NCBI GenBank assembly: GCA_037137535.1
Contig: JBAXKC010000003.1
Span: forward strand, 32,001-96,000
Source of the DNA: a bacterium
GTDB taxonomy: Bacteria > Cyanobacteriota > Vampirovibrionia > Gastranaerophilales > JBAXKC01
DNA length: 64,000 nucleotides
Direction of reading: 5' to 3'
Below, in pieces: positions 30,058 through 40,814 of this stretch. Each line of letters begins with the position of its first letter. Within the stretch, counting starts at the first letter, position 1. Made by a program: the position numbers and the translations under genes. Under the pieces are notes generated by a model, which was given only the letters and a program-made list of their open reading frames with translations, searched no databases and was not told the origin of the DNA.

Positions 30058-30822
30058 ATGAAAAAGATATATATAATTCTGGCGTTTTTATTGGGATTGG
30101 GCTTGGTGTTTTTAACAGAACCTTCTTTTGCTCAGGCTTATTTACCTTCTGTTCAGTTTAATGCATCGATGGGAGCAGCTAAAAACCCTCAAGAATTTTC
30201 GCAGGGAATACAAATCCTTATTTTAATGACTATATTATCGCTTGCACCCAGTATTCTTGTTATGTCTACTGCCTTTATTCGTATTGCGATAGTTCTATCA
30301 TTGGTAAGACAAGCTGTTGGTACTGCACAGCTTCCTCCAAACCAGGTTATTATGAGTTTAGCGTTAATTTTAACATTCTTTGTAATGTCTCCGACTTTCA
30401 ACCAGATTAATGAAAAAGCGTTAAAGCCATATATGAATAATCAAATAAATCAGCAAGCAGCCCTTACACTCGGGATGGAACCTTTAAGGCAATTTATGTT
30501 CCGTCAGACAAATCAGAGCGATTTGGCCTTGTTTGTTCAGATGGCAAAAATTCATAAACCAAAATCCACAGGGGATGTGCCAACTTATGTTTTAATGCCT
30601 GCTTTTGTAATAAGCGAGCTTAAAACAGCTTTTAAAATCGGCTTTATGATATTTTTACCGTTTTTGGTTATAGATATAGTTATATCAAGTATTCTGGTAT
30701 CCATGGGGATGATGTTTTTGCCACCCGCAATGATTTCTATGCCATTTAAAATAATACTTTTCGTATTGATTGACGGTTGGCATTTAATTGCTAAATCACT
30801 TGTAGAAGGCTTTATAATGTAA
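30058..30822 (+). CDS. fliP: Flagellar-type export gate protein FliP
   Basis: N-terminal signal (PSFA), PPNQV, PAFVISELKTAF, PFKIILFVLIDGW. Confidence 0.95.
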   Translation: MKKIYIILAFLLGLGLVFLTEPSFAQAYLPSVQFNASMGAAKNPQEFSQGIQILILMTILSLAPSILVMSTAFIRIAIVLSLVRQAVGTAQLPPNQVIMSLALILTFFVMSPTFNQINEKALKPYMNNQINQQAALTLGMEPLRQFMFRQTNQSDLALFVQMAKIHKPKSTGDVPTYVLMPAFVISELKTAFKIGFMIFLPFLVIDIVISSILVSMGMMFLPPAMISMPFKIILFVLIDGWHLIAKSLVEGFIM

Positions 30823-30838
30823 CTTCGGGGAAAGATAA

Positions 30839-31108
30839 ATGGAACAGCTTCAATTTTTAGCATTATTACAAAAAACTTTACTTTTAATACTCCAGTTATC
30901 AGCACCGGTCTTGATAGTGAGTCTTGTTGTGGGCTTTGCTATCAGTATTTTTCAGTCTGTAACCCAAATTCAAGAAGCAACTTTAACCTTTGTTCCTAAA
31001 ATTCTTGCCGGGATTTTTACAATTATAGTTCTTGCTCCATGGATGCTTCAAGTCTTTATCGCAAGCACTCATGAGTTTTTTGATCAGATAACAAATGTAT
31101 TGAGATAA
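30839..31108 (+). CDS. fliQ: Export gate protein FliQ
   Basis: QSVTQIQEATLTFVPK. Confidence 0.95.
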   Translation: MEQLQFLALLQKTLLLILQLSAPVLIVSLVVGFAISIFQSVTQIQEATLTFVPKILAGIFTIIVLAPWMLQVFIASTHEFFDQITNVLR

Positions 31109-31109
31109 T

Positions 31110-31895
31110 ATGGCTGATTATAATAACTTTTTTTCAATACCCAGCATGATTTTGTTTTTGCTTGTAATATCAAGATTATCGGGAATGATGGCAACTGCCC
31201 CATTCTTTTCGACTTTTCCTGCTCCTATGCAGACTAAAATAGGTCTGGTTGCAATGATAGCTTTCATTATGCACCCGTTTGTTTTTCAGCATAGTAATTT
31301 TATGCTGCCAAAAGATATGTATTCTATGTCTATTTTGATGTTTAAAGAAATTTTTGTCGGTGTTCTTATTGGTTTTTGCGCAAATCTGATATTTGTAGGC
31401 ATTCAAACAGGAGGGCAGCTTTTGAGTATGCAGATGGGATTGACTTTTGCAAATACTATTGACCCTATGACAAGGCAGAATGTACCTGTTGTCGGACAAT
31501 TTTATCTTTATATCGCAGGATTATTATTTGTAACTTTAGGTTGTGATAAATGGCTTTTTACAAGTATTTATGACAGTTATAAAGTTATTCCCGTTGGTTT
31601 GGATTTAAGTTTTGTCCCTAAAATAGTTCCTAGCGTTTTATATTATACCAGTCAGATATTTGTTATTTCTTTCGGGCTTGTTATGCCTATATTTGCTATG
31701 TTATTGCTTGTAGATATGGCTTTAGCATTTATGTCAAAATTAATGCCTCAAATGAACATTTTTATGGTGGCAATGCCTTTAAAAATATGGATAGGTTTGA
31801 TTTTAATGAGTTTATTTATGGCAAATACTTCAATATACATCGGTAATTTAATGCAAAACTGGCTGCAAAGCCTTGGAAATATATTTTTAAGGTAA
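31110..31895 (+). CDS. fliR: Export gate protein FliR
   Basis: APFFS, GGQLLSMQMGL, PQMNIF; hydrophobic; position in operon. Confidence 0.92.
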   Translation: MADYNNFFSIPSMILFLLVISRLSGMMATAPFFSTFPAPMQTKIGLVAMIAFIMHPFVFQHSNFMLPKDMYSMSILMFKEIFVGVLIGFCANLIFVGIQTGGQLLSMQMGLTFANTIDPMTRQNVPVVGQFYLYIAGLLFVTLGCDKWLFTSIYDSYKVIPVGLDLSFVPKIVPSVLYYTSQIFVISFGLVMPIFAMLLLVDMALAFMSKLMPQMNIFMVAMPLKIWIGLILMSLFMANTSIYIGNLMQNWLQSLGNIFLR

Positions 31896-31904
31896 GGAGA
31901 TCAG

Positions 31905-32972
31905 ATGTCGGACGAACGGACAGAAGCGGCCACGCCCAAGCGGGCAGGGCAGGCAAGATCAAAAGGACAAATACCTAAAAGCTCTGACTTTAACTCGGCT
32001 GTAATGCTTACAGTCGCATGTTCTTTACTTGGAATGTTTTCAGCTGGTATTTCAAATAAGTTAAGTGCAATAGCCACTTACACCTTCTCTCATTTGAATC
32101 CTGAGGATATTAACGAAAAGAACATCATGGGGATTTTAATTCCTTATTTTACTGAGATGGCCTATATCCTGTTACCAATTATGTTAATTCTTATGGTTGC
32201 AGGTATTGCTTTGCAATATGCTCAAGTTGGAACACTTTTTACAACAGAAACCATAAAGCCTGACCTTAGCAGAATTAGTCCGATGACTATATTAAATAAT
32301 TTTAAAAAATTTGTAAGTCTTAATAGCGTAATCGAACTTGGAAAATCGCTTTTAAAAACGGCTATTGTAGGTGGTGTCGCCTATTCTGTCATTAACTCCA
32401 GAAAAGATGATATACTGATTCTGTTAGGTGCAGATGTCGGAAAATCATTAGGAACGGTAAGCGATGTTTGCTATCAAATGTTTATGCAGATATGTATAAT
32501 TCTGATTATATTAGGTATAGCTGACTTGAAATATCAGCATTACAATCATCATAAATCTCTTAAAATGACAAAACAGGAGGTAAAGGATGAAGCAAAAAGT
32601 GCTGAAGGGGATCCGGCAATAAAAGCAAAGATTAAAAGCATACAAATGAAATTTGCTATGCAAAGAATGATGGGAAATGTTCCTAAGGCAAACGTTATTG
32701 TTAAAAATCCGACCCACTTTGCCGTTGCAATTCAATATGATCCCGAAATTGCACCTGTTCCGAAAGTTATTGCAAAAGGTGTTGATTATGTGGCTTTTAA
32801 AATATTAGAAATAGGTAAAAATAATAATATTATAATAATAGAGAATAAGCCTTTGGCTAGAACTTTATATAAATTAGTCCCCGTAGACGGACTTATTCCA
32901 GCAGAGTTATATGTAGCAGTTGCAGAAGTGTTAGCTTATGTCTATAAATTAAATAATAAGGGTATTAAATAG
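31905..32972 (+). CDS. flhB: Export switch protein FlhB
   Basis: RTEAATPKR, KMTKQEVKDE..EGDP, NPTH autocleavage motif. Confidence 0.95.
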   Translation: MSDERTEAATPKRAGQARSKGQIPKSSDFNSAVMLTVACSLLGMFSAGISNKLSAIATYTFSHLNPEDINEKNIMGILIPYFTEMAYILLPIMLILMVAGIALQYAQVGTLFTTETIKPDLSRISPMTILNNFKKFVSLNSVIELGKSLLKTAIVGGVAYSVINSRKDDILILLGADVGKSLGTVSDVCYQMFMQICIILIILGIADLKYQHYNHHKSLKMTKQEVKDEAKSAEGDPAIKAKIKSIQMKFAMQRMMGNVPKANVIVKNPTHFAVAIQYDPEIAPVPKVIAKGVDYVAFKILEIGKNNNIIIIENKPLARTLYKLVPVDGLIPAELYVAVAEVLAYVYKLNNKGIK

Positions 32973-35096
32973 GTGTTCAAAGATATCGATTTGAATGAAT
33001 TTCTCAAAAATAATGATATTTTACTGGCAATTGGGCTGGTAACTATTATTGCTATGATGATTATTCCCTTACCCTCTATATTGCTTGATGTTTTGCTTAC
33101 ATGTAATCTTTCTGTTTCAGTAATTATCTTGTTGGTATGTCTTTATACAAAAGAACCCTTAGATTATTCAACATTTCCTACTATTCTTCTTGTTTCAACT
33201 TTGTTCAGATTGGGCTTGAACGTCAGTTCCACAAGGTTAATTCTGTTGCATGGAGAAGCAGGTCAGGTAATACACTCGTTCGGGCAATTCGTTGTCGGTG
33301 GTAATTACGTTGTAGGTACAGTAATTTTTGCAATCCTTGTAGTTATTAACTTTATGGTTATCACAAACGGTGCGGGCAGGGTAGCTGAAGTAACCGCAAG
33401 ATTTACCTTAGATGCTATGCCGGGGAAACAATTAAGTATTGATGCTGATTTAAACTCAGGTCTTTTAACTGAAGATGAAGCTAAAGCTAAAAGGAAAAAA
33501 ATTCAAAGAGAAGCTGATTTCTACGGAACTATGGATGGTGCGAGTAAATTCGTAAAAGGGGATGCTACGGCTGGTATTGTTATTACCGTAATTAACATTG
33601 TCGGTGGTTTAATTATCGGTATGTGGCAGATGCAAATGGATTTTATGACGGCTGCTTCAACTTTTACCATATTAACAGTCGGGGATGGACTGGTTGCACA
33701 ACTTCCTGCTCTTATTATTTCAACAGCAACAGGTTTGCTCGTATCAAGAGCAAGTGGCAGTGAAACATCTTTAAGTACCGATATTGAAAATGAAATGTTT
33801 GATGATCCTAAAGTTTTAGGTATTGTATCGGGTCTTTTATGCCTTATGGGTATTATTCCGGGTATGCCGTTCCTTCCGTTCTTTGCTGTTGGCGGAGTTG
33901 CTGGTTCATTAGCATTTTTTAAATATAAAAATCCAAAACCTAAAAAAGATCCTGTAAAAGATGCGGCACAGGCTAAAAAAGATGCAAGTGCAGAGGGGGA
34001 AGAAGGTTCTGATGAGCAATCAAAGAAAAAAGGCAGTCGTGAATCAGTTATGGAACTCTTGGCGGTTGAGCCGATGGAGATAGAAATAGGCTATAGACTG
34101 GTATCTCTTCTTGAGATAGAACAAGGCGGAGATTTATTAGAAAGAATTGCTCAAATAAGAAGACAAACCGCTATGGATTACGGTATAGTCCTCCCTTCAA
34201 TAAGAGTTAGAGATAATTTACAGCTTGCACCAAATTCTTATCAGATAAAATTAAAAGGAATTCCGATTGAAGTGGGAGAAGTTTATGCGGATTGTCATTT
34301 AGCAATGACTTCTGGAATGAATGATCCTAATTTGAATGGTATAGATGCAGTTGAACCTGCTTTTGGTCTGCCTGCCTTATGGATAGGCGAAGAGCAGAAA
34401 GAATACGCAGAATCAATGGGATATACCGTTGTAAGTCCATCTGCCGTTGTTTCGACTCATTTAACAGAAGTTATAAAGAAGAATGCTTCTGATATTTTAA
34501 GTCGTACGGATGTTCAACAGCTTATTGATAACGTGAAAAAGACTCATGAAAATCTTATTGACGATTTAACAAAAGAAAGTAATATTTCAACGGCTGAAAT
34601 ACAAATCATTTTACAAAATCTTTTAAGAGAGCGTATTTCTATAAGAGATTTGCCAACGGTGCTCGAAGCAGTCAGCACTTTCTGTCGTGTAAGTAGAAAT
34701 ACTGATTACCTTACGGAACAATGCCGTATAGCTCTTTCAAGAAGTATCTGTAAGCAGAATTTATCAGATGACGGTGAATTGCTGGTAATTACAATTGCTC
34801 CCGAAATAGAAAATATAATTGCATCAGGCATAAGTGCTGACGGTCAAAGTTTAAACTTAGAGCCTAATTTTACAAGGTTATTAATTGATAACTTAAATGC
34901 AGAAATAGAAAAAGCTTTGAGTTCTACGGGGTGTCAGCCTGTAATATTGTGTAGCGGCGGTATAAGGCTTGCATTTAGAAGACTTATTGAGCGTACTTTC
35001 CCTCAAATAAGCATTCTTTCTTATAATGAAATAGCTCCTAATGTTAAAGCCAGATCAGTTGGCTTTGTGAACATTGAAGCTATTTCTCAATCTTAA
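32973..35096 (+). CDS. flhA: Export apparatus major subunit FlhA
   Basis: RVAEVTARFTLDAMPGKQ, FYGTMDGASKFVKGD, GDGLVAQ; GTG start. Confidence 0.96.
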   Translation: MFKDIDLNEFLKNNDILLAIGLVTIIAMMIIPLPSILLDVLLTCNLSVSVIILLVCLYTKEPLDYSTFPTILLVSTLFRLGLNVSSTRLILLHGEAGQVIHSFGQFVVGGNYVVGTVIFAILVVINFMVITNGAGRVAEVTARFTLDAMPGKQLSIDADLNSGLLTEDEAKAKRKKIQREADFYGTMDGASKFVKGDATAGIVITVINIVGGLIIGMWQMQMDFMTAASTFTILTVGDGLVAQLPALIISTATGLLVSRASGSETSLSTDIENEMFDDPKVLGIVSGLLCLMGIIPGMPFLPFFAVGGVAGSLAFFKYKNPKPKKDPVKDAAQAKKDASAEGEEGSDEQSKKKGSRESVMELLAVEPMEIEIGYRLVSLLEIEQGGDLLERIAQIRRQTAMDYGIVLPSIRVRDNLQLAPNSYQIKLKGIPIEVGEVYADCHLAMTSGMNDPNLNGIDAVEPAFGLPALWIGEEQKEYAESMGYTVVSPSAVVSTHLTEVIKKNASDILSRTDVQQLIDNVKKTHENLIDDLTKESNISTAEIQIILQNLLRERISIRDLPTVLEAVSTFCRVSRNTDYLTEQCRIALSRSICKQNLSDDGELLVITIAPEIENIIASGISADGQSLNLEPNFTRLLIDNLNAEIEKALSSTGCQPVILCSGGIRLAFRRLIERTFPQISILSYNEIAPNVKARSVGFVNIEAISQS

Positions 35097-35098
35097 AT

Positions 35099-36265
35099 TT
35101 AGGAATTTATTTCATTATCAAGTGTATTATTCTTTAAAGATTCTAAATCTGAAAACTTGTTTTTTCGGCTAAACATATATCCTGAAATAGCAGCTGTTGC
35201 TGGCACGCAAAGCACAATACCTATACTTCCGGCTAATGCTGAAAATATTTCAGTTGAAATTGAATTAAGGCTTAAAAATTTTATGGGGGAAATGCTTGAA
35301 GCAAGTACAGCTAAAGGTAAAGAGCCTCCAATGTAAGCTAAAATAAGAGTATTCGCCATTGCTCCCGTTATGTCAGAACCTATATTCATTCCTGATTGAT
35401 ATAATTTTTTAAAACCAATTTCTTCATTCGTCTGATGAATTTCATAAATACTGCTTGCTATAGAAATTCCTATATCCATAATTGCCCCGAGTGAGCTTAT
35501 AAGCATAGAAGAGGCCAATAAACCTCTAAAATTAAGCTCAGGATGCATACTCTCTAAAATAATGGATTCCTGATCATGAAAGCCTGTCAAATAGCCGAAT
35601 TTAAGTGCATATAAAGCAACTAGTCCTGCAATAAAAAGACCGCATAATGTTCCTAAAATAGCAGACAAGCTTTTCATGTTAAAGCCTGAAACCGATATAA
35701 TAGCAATAACTGTTGCAGCGGTGCATACAGCAAGAGTAACAGCAATTAATGGAAGTTTTCCTGTAATTGACGGTATCAAAATAAAGGCTATAAGCGAAAA
35801 GGTTGAAAAAATAGAAACAATGGATTTAACCCCTTTTTTGCCTGATATTAGTATCATTGAAGCTAGAAACGCTATAAAAACAACAATTAAAGCTGGTATC
35901 CTGTAAAAATCGGCTAGATAAAAAGTCGCATTGGTTTTAGAAGTTGGCTCAACGTCTAATAAAACATGGTCTTTTGGCTTTACTTTTATGTCATATGCTT
36001 TATTAGCGGATAATTGATTATCAAGATGTATTATTTTACCTTTATATGGCCCGCTTTCTACTTTGAGCGTTACTTTTTGTACAGAAGCATTTGCTCCTAA
36101 TGATTGAGAAAGAGTTTGACTTAATTTTTGTTCGTTTACGCTGATTATTTTTGCTGAAGCATAATCACTATTGTCAGCTGCTTTCATACTTGTTGATTCT
36201 TGTGCAACGGCAGGCGAACTAATAGTTATACATAGTAATAACATTATAAATACTTTGATTATCAT
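35099..36265 (-). CDS. YibE/F-family membrane protein
   Basis: Signal peptide, soluble N-domain, multiple TMs, LGAIMD, G.DITGAMANTLILAY. Confidence 0.8.
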   Translation of the reverse strand: MIIKVFIMLLLCITISSPAVAQESTSMKAADNSDYASAKIISVNEQKLSQTLSQSLGANASVQKVTLKVESGPYKGKIIHLDNQLSANKAYDIKVKPKDHVLLDVEPTSKTNATFYLADFYRIPALIVVFIAFLASMILISGKKGVKSIVSIFSTFSLIAFILIPSITGKLPLIAVTLAVCTAATVIAIISVSGFNMKSLSAILGTLCGLFIAGLVALYALKFGYLTGFHDQESIILESMHPELNFRGLLASSMLISSLGAIMDIGISIASSIYEIHQTNEEIGFKKLYQSGMNIGSDITGAMANTLILAYIGGSLPLAVLASSISPIKFLSLNSISTEIFSALAGSIGIVLCVPATAAISGYMFSRKNKFSDLESLKNNTLDNEINS

Positions 36266-36269
36266 AAGG

Positions 36270-37349
36270 TTAAACCCCGCTTTCAAATAAACTTTGTTGA
36301 GTCAAAGGAGCTTTATATCCTAAGTGTTTATAACCGGCCGGAGAAACTTTTCTTCCTCTTGATGTTCTTAAGATAAAACCGATTTGAAGAAGGTATGGCT
36401 CATAAACATCTTCAATTGTACGAATATCTTCTCCTAAAGCTGCTGCAATTGTTTCAATTCCAACAGGCCCACCATTATATTTTTCTATTATCATTGATAG
36501 CATATCTCTATCTGTTGTATCGAGTCCAAACTGGTCTATTTTCATCATATTTAAAGAAGCTTCGGCATTTTGGGTATCTATTAATCCGTTTGATTTAACT
36601 GAAGCATAATCTCGAACTCTTTTTAAAAGTCTGTTTGCAATTCTTGGCGTTCCTCTTGATCTTGCTGCTACTAATTCTGCTCCTTCTTGAGTGATTTCCG
36701 CATTTATGATTTTAGCTGTTCTTTTAACTATTTGAGTTAATTCTTCGTGGGTGTAAAACTCTAAACGATGTATTATTCCAAATCTATCCCTTAAAGGTCC
36801 TGAAAGTGAACCTGCTTTTGTTGTAGCCCCGACCAGCGTAAATTTTGGAAGAGGAACTCTTAATGTTTTAGCGGTATTTCCTTTACCTGTTGTTCTGTCT
36901 AAAGAAAAGTCCTCCATTGCCGGATATAAAATCTCTTCGGCAACTTTGTTTAACCTGTGAATTTCATCAATAAAAAGAACTTCCCCTTTTTTTAGGGTCA
37001 TTAAAATTCCGATAATATCTCTTGGTCGTTCGAGAGCTGGTGCTGACGTGATTTTTATTCCTGTATTCATTTCATGGGCAATAATCGAAGCAATTGTTGT
37101 TTTTCCTAATCCGGGTGGACCGTAGAACAATAAATGATCAATTGGTTCTTCTCTTTGCTTTGCCGCTTCAATAGAAATTTTTAATGTTTCTTTTAGCATG
37201 CTTTGACCGATATATTCATCTAAAGATTTAGGTCTTATCGTATTTTCAAAACATCTGTCCAGATCATTTTCTTTTGCACATACGTTTTCACGAGTAGGTG
37301 TTGTTTTTATTTTTATATTGTTTTCATCATCAGAGCTTATTATTGCCAT
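36270..37349 (-). CDS. ruvB: Holliday junction branch migration helicase RuvB
   Basis: [37 protein letters not shown]. Confidence 0.96.
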   Translation of the reverse strand: MAIISSDDENNIKIKTTPTRENVCAKENDLDRCFENTIRPKSLDEYIGQSMLKETLKISIEAAKQREEPIDHLLFYGPPGLGKTTIASIIAHEMNTGIKITSAPALERPRDIIGILMTLKKGEVLFIDEIHRLNKVAEEILYPAMEDFSLDRTTGKGNTAKTLRVPLPKFTLVGATTKAGSLSGPLRDRFGIIHRLEFYTHEELTQIVKRTAKIINAEITQEGAELVAARSRGTPRIANRLLKRVRDYASVKSNGLIDTQNAEASLNMMKIDQFGLDTTDRDMLSMIIEKYNGGPVGIETIAAALGEDIRTIEDVYEPYLLQIGFILRTSRGRKVSPAGYKHLGYKAPLTQQSLFESGV

Positions 37350-37419
37350 AGTTATAAATCTCATTTTTTATATTAATAATATTATAACTAAAATAACCGC
37401 TTACTATGATTTAGCAGAA

Positions 37420-39459
37420 TTATAAAATAACAGTTGATTTTTTTAAAAGGTAACGTCTTAATTTTTCTACAAGAATTTTTATGTCTATTGGTTTACTTAT
37501 GTAATCGTCCATTCCTGCCTCAAGACATTTCTGCCTGTCAGTGTCAAGTACATAGGCTGTTACTGCTATAATTGGTGTATTTTTATAGTTATCTAGTTCT
37601 TTTATCTTTGAACAAGCTTCATAGCCATCCATAATAGGCATTTGACAGTCCATTAAGATAAGGTCATAGGTTTTTGTTTTGCATAAATTTAATGTTTCTT
37701 TTCCGTTTCTTGCAACATCAAAGTTTAAGCCTAAATGATTTAAAACCTCTATTGCAAATTGTATATTTATCTCATTGTCTTCTGCGATTAATATTTTAAA
37801 TTTACTTAATTCATTATGGGTATCGTTGATATCTATTTTAGTTAAAAGTTCTTCTTCAGGTTCATTATCGATTTTAGTTATGGAATTTAAAATATAATTT
37901 TGTAGCACATCTTTTTTTATAGGTTTATGAAGATAGCCTAGAAAATTTCTTTCGCCCAATATCATTTCAGGATTTTTAACATTTGTTGTAATTGCAATAA
38001 TCTGTAAATCGCTCAATTTGTCATTAAATGTCATTAAATATGAAATAAAATCATGGTTTTTGCATAAAGTATTATAATTTATGATTAAGAAATCAGTCTT
38101 TTTATTATTTTTAAGGTATCTTACTCCATCTTCAAAGTTTTTTACAGTTTGAGTCTGACAATTTAATTCATTTAAATAGCTTTCTATTATCCTTGTATTT
38201 GTTTCATCAGGTTCAATAATTACAATATTTATTTTGGAAAGTAATGATAAGACACACTTGTTTTCTGCACTTGGTTTTAAAGATAGTGTAAATATGGCTT
38301 CAGTGCCTTTAGTAGAGCTATTTATTTTTATTTTCCCGCCCATCATTTCAATAAGATTTTTTGTTATTGCAAGACCTAAGCCTGTTCCTCCAAATTTTCT
38401 TGTTGTTGATATATCAGCTTGAGTAAAGGGATCAAAGATACTTTCGAGTTTTTCTGCAGAAATCCCTATTCCTGTATCTTTTACTGTTATTTCAATTAAA
38501 TTGTTATCATTTATATTCTCTTTTAATCGGGCTTCAATATAAATATAGCCTTCTTCAGTGAATTTTATGGCATTGCTTATAAGATTGTTTAATATTTGTT
38601 TTAATCTTGCAGAATCCCCATTCACAAATTTAGGAACTTGTGGATATATAAGGCAGTTTAAGTTCAGATTTTTTAAGTCTGCCGTAGCTGAAGCGATAGA
38701 AAGAGATTCTTCAAGCACTGAATGTAGGTCAAATTTGATATTCTCTATATTTAGCTTACCGGCTTCAATTTTGGAAAAATCTAAAATATCATTAATTATT
38801 GAAAGTAAGGTATTAGAAGAAATTTTAATCTTTTTTAAATAATCTTTTTGAATTGTATGAAGCTGAGTATTTTCTAATAATTGTAAAAAGCCTATTATGC
38901 AGTTGATGGGAGTTCTTATTTCATGACTCATCATTGCAAGAAATTCACTCTTTGTTTTATTTGCGCATTCTGCTTGGTCTTTAGATCTAAGAACTTCCAG
39001 TTCCATTTTTTTTCGTTCTGAACATTCTTTAAGTACTCTTGCCTGTTTTCGTTCTTCAATGCACTGAAATAGGGCGATTAGATATTTTTTGTTATTAATT
39101 GAATCAAATGACATTTTTATTTCAACGTTTGAAAGTTTTCCGTTTTTTTGTTTTTGTATTGTTTCAAAGCTGAAATGCTCTTTTTCTTCTAGATATAAAG
39201 GTTTTAAAAATTCTTTTAACAGAGTTATTTCTGAAAAGTCGGGGAGGTATTCAAGAATTGTTTTATTTTCTAATTCTTCAAATGAATAATCTAGGTGAAT
39301 TTGAGCACCTCTATTTATATAAACATGTTTTAACGAATCGGGATCATAGATAAAAACAGGAATTAAAGAATTTTCCAGTATTTTACCTATAGTTGTATAT
39401 ATTTGCTGTGATTTGTTTTCTATGCATAAATCACAGCATTTATTAGTGCATTGTTTCAT
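37420..39459 (-). CDS. Cytoplasmic hybrid histidine kinase (PAS-HisKA-HATPase-degenerate REC-REC)
   Basis: FLAMMSHEIRTP, NLISNAIKFT, FGGTGLGL, ILIAED..LMDCQMP. Confidence 0.9.
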   Translation of the reverse strand: MKQCTNKCCDLCIENKSQQIYTTIGKILENSLIPVFIYDPDSLKHVYINRGAQIHLDYSFEELENKTILEYLPDFSEITLLKEFLKPLYLEEKEHFSFETIQKQKNGKLSNVEIKMSFDSINNKKYLIALFQCIEERKQARVLKECSERKKMELEVLRSKDQAECANKTKSEFLAMMSHEIRTPINCIIGFLQLLENTQLHTIQKDYLKKIKISSNTLLSIINDILDFSKIEAGKLNIENIKFDLHSVLEESLSIASATADLKNLNLNCLIYPQVPKFVNGDSARLKQILNNLISNAIKFTEEGYIYIEARLKENINDNNLIEITVKDTGIGISAEKLESIFDPFTQADISTTRKFGGTGLGLAITKNLIEMMGGKIKINSSTKGTEAIFTLSLKPSAENKCVLSLLSKINIVIIEPDETNTRIIESYLNELNCQTQTVKNFEDGVRYLKNNKKTDFLIINYNTLCKNHDFISYLMTFNDKLSDLQIIAITTNVKNPEMILGERNFLGYLHKPIKKDVLQNYILNSITKIDNEPEEELLTKIDINDTHNELSKFKILIAEDNEINIQFAIEVLNHLGLNFDVARNGKETLNLCKTKTYDLILMDCQMPIMDGYEACSKIKELDNYKNTPIIAVTAYVLDTDRQKCLEAGMDDYISKPIDIKILVEKLRRYLLKKSTVIL

Positions 39460-39766
39460 TAAAATATATTCTCTTAGGGTTTTTACTATTATACTTTACT
39501 AAAAAAACATTATTTGTTAAATAGTGGTTAAAAATATTTAACATTGAAATTATATTTATTATGATAAATTATTGGGGCTAAATATGTATTTGAATACATG
39601 TTTTAAATTACTTTTTTATTGCACTGAATTTAGAGGCAAATATTCACCAATCACTATTAATTGAGTAGGTTTTTATATTGCACTACATTTTGCAAACAAA
39701 GATGAAAGCCTTTTAGTTCATTACATAATCTCAAATTAATTAAATAACTTTAAAGCTCTAAAATAA

Positions 39767-39793
39767 AAGAGGCTTTAAATTTAAAGCCTCTTA
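39767..39793. terminator. Terminator downstream of cobO
   Basis: AAGAGGCTTTAAA/TTTAAAGCCTCTT inverted repeat, U-run on the minus strand. Confidence 0.7.
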
Positions 39794-39813
39794 AACTTAT
39801 GAATACTTTATTA

Positions 39814-40353
39814 TTAGTATTCGATACCCCTTCTTGCCATCACCCCATTATCAAAATAATGTTTTACAGGCTTCATTTCAGTAACGAGATGAGCCATTGC
39901 TATAATTTCAGGATGAGCTTTTCTTCCCGTAAGAACTATTTCAAGGTTTTGCGGTTTATTTTGCAAAACTTCTTTTAGCTCGGAAACTTTTATCATTCCA
40001 AGGTCAACGCATACGTTTATTTCGTCAAGGATTATAAGTTGGTATTTATTGCTCATAATGGCATCTTTAGCAAGTTGCCAGCCTTTTCTGGTTTCTTTAT
40101 AGTCTTCTATATTTATATTATGTGAATAAACAACTCTATCAAGTCCAAATTGAGCAAAATCAAGATTTGGCATAAGTTTTGAAGAACTTGCAAGTTCTCC
40201 GTAAAAATTACTGTCTGATTGTTCGCCTTTTGTAAACTGTGCGATAAGTACATTCCAACCATGACCGATTGCTCTTAATGCTAATCCTAAAGATGCAGTG
40301 GTTTTGCCTTTGCCATCTCCTGTATAGATTTGAATATATCCATTTTCCAGCAT
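39814..40353 (-). CDS. cobO: Cob(I)alamin adenosyltransferase (CobO/BtuR)
   Basis: IYTGDGKGKTTA, ILDEI, LTGR, HYF..GIEY. Confidence 0.92.
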   Translation of the reverse strand: MLENGYIQIYTGDGKGKTTASLGLALRAIGHGWNVLIAQFTKGEQSDSNFYGELASSSKLMPNLDFAQFGLDRVVYSHNINIEDYKETRKGWQLAKDAIMSNKYQLIILDEINVCVDLGMIKVSELKEVLQNKPQNLEIVLTGRKAHPEIIAMAHLVTEMKPVKHYFDNGVMARRGIEY

Positions 40354-40814
40354 TTTAGTCCTCCAGTCGAACTTATGATAATGTTATAAGTCAGTTTTAA
40401 AATCAGAATGAAAAACACCCCAGTCTACTTGATATAGTTAGGGAAAATCGTCTTTAAATTACTAAAATCTTCTGCTTATTTATAGTAAATCAAATTTAAT
40501 AATGGGTGGCAAATTTATTTCAATAATTTACATTGTAAAACTTTTAAACAGGTTAAAATCCCTATGCTATATACCATTAAGTAGAGTGAATAAGATTGTA
40601 ACTTTAGATTTATTCATTATTCTTAAAAAACTATTGCTTTAATTAAAAACAAACAGCATTAAGTTATTTATTCTCTGAAGTTAAGCGAAAGTAAGAGTAT
40701 CAAGTTATAAAATCGTAAAAAATAAATTATAATGGCTTTTTAACAATCATAATAAATACATATCTTGTTTAAGGTATAATTACAGTTAAAATTCTAATAA
40801 TAAGTGAGGGTAAA

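Noticed and set aside
39617-39685. TATTGCACT direct repeat 60 bp apart
   Set aside because: Only two short copies in AT-rich sequence; not an array
40354-40814. T-box before valS (GGGTGG near 40504) or cobalamin riboswitch before cobO
   Set aside because: No UGGNACC antiterminator bulge with a following terminator, and no B12-element core motifs on the minus strand
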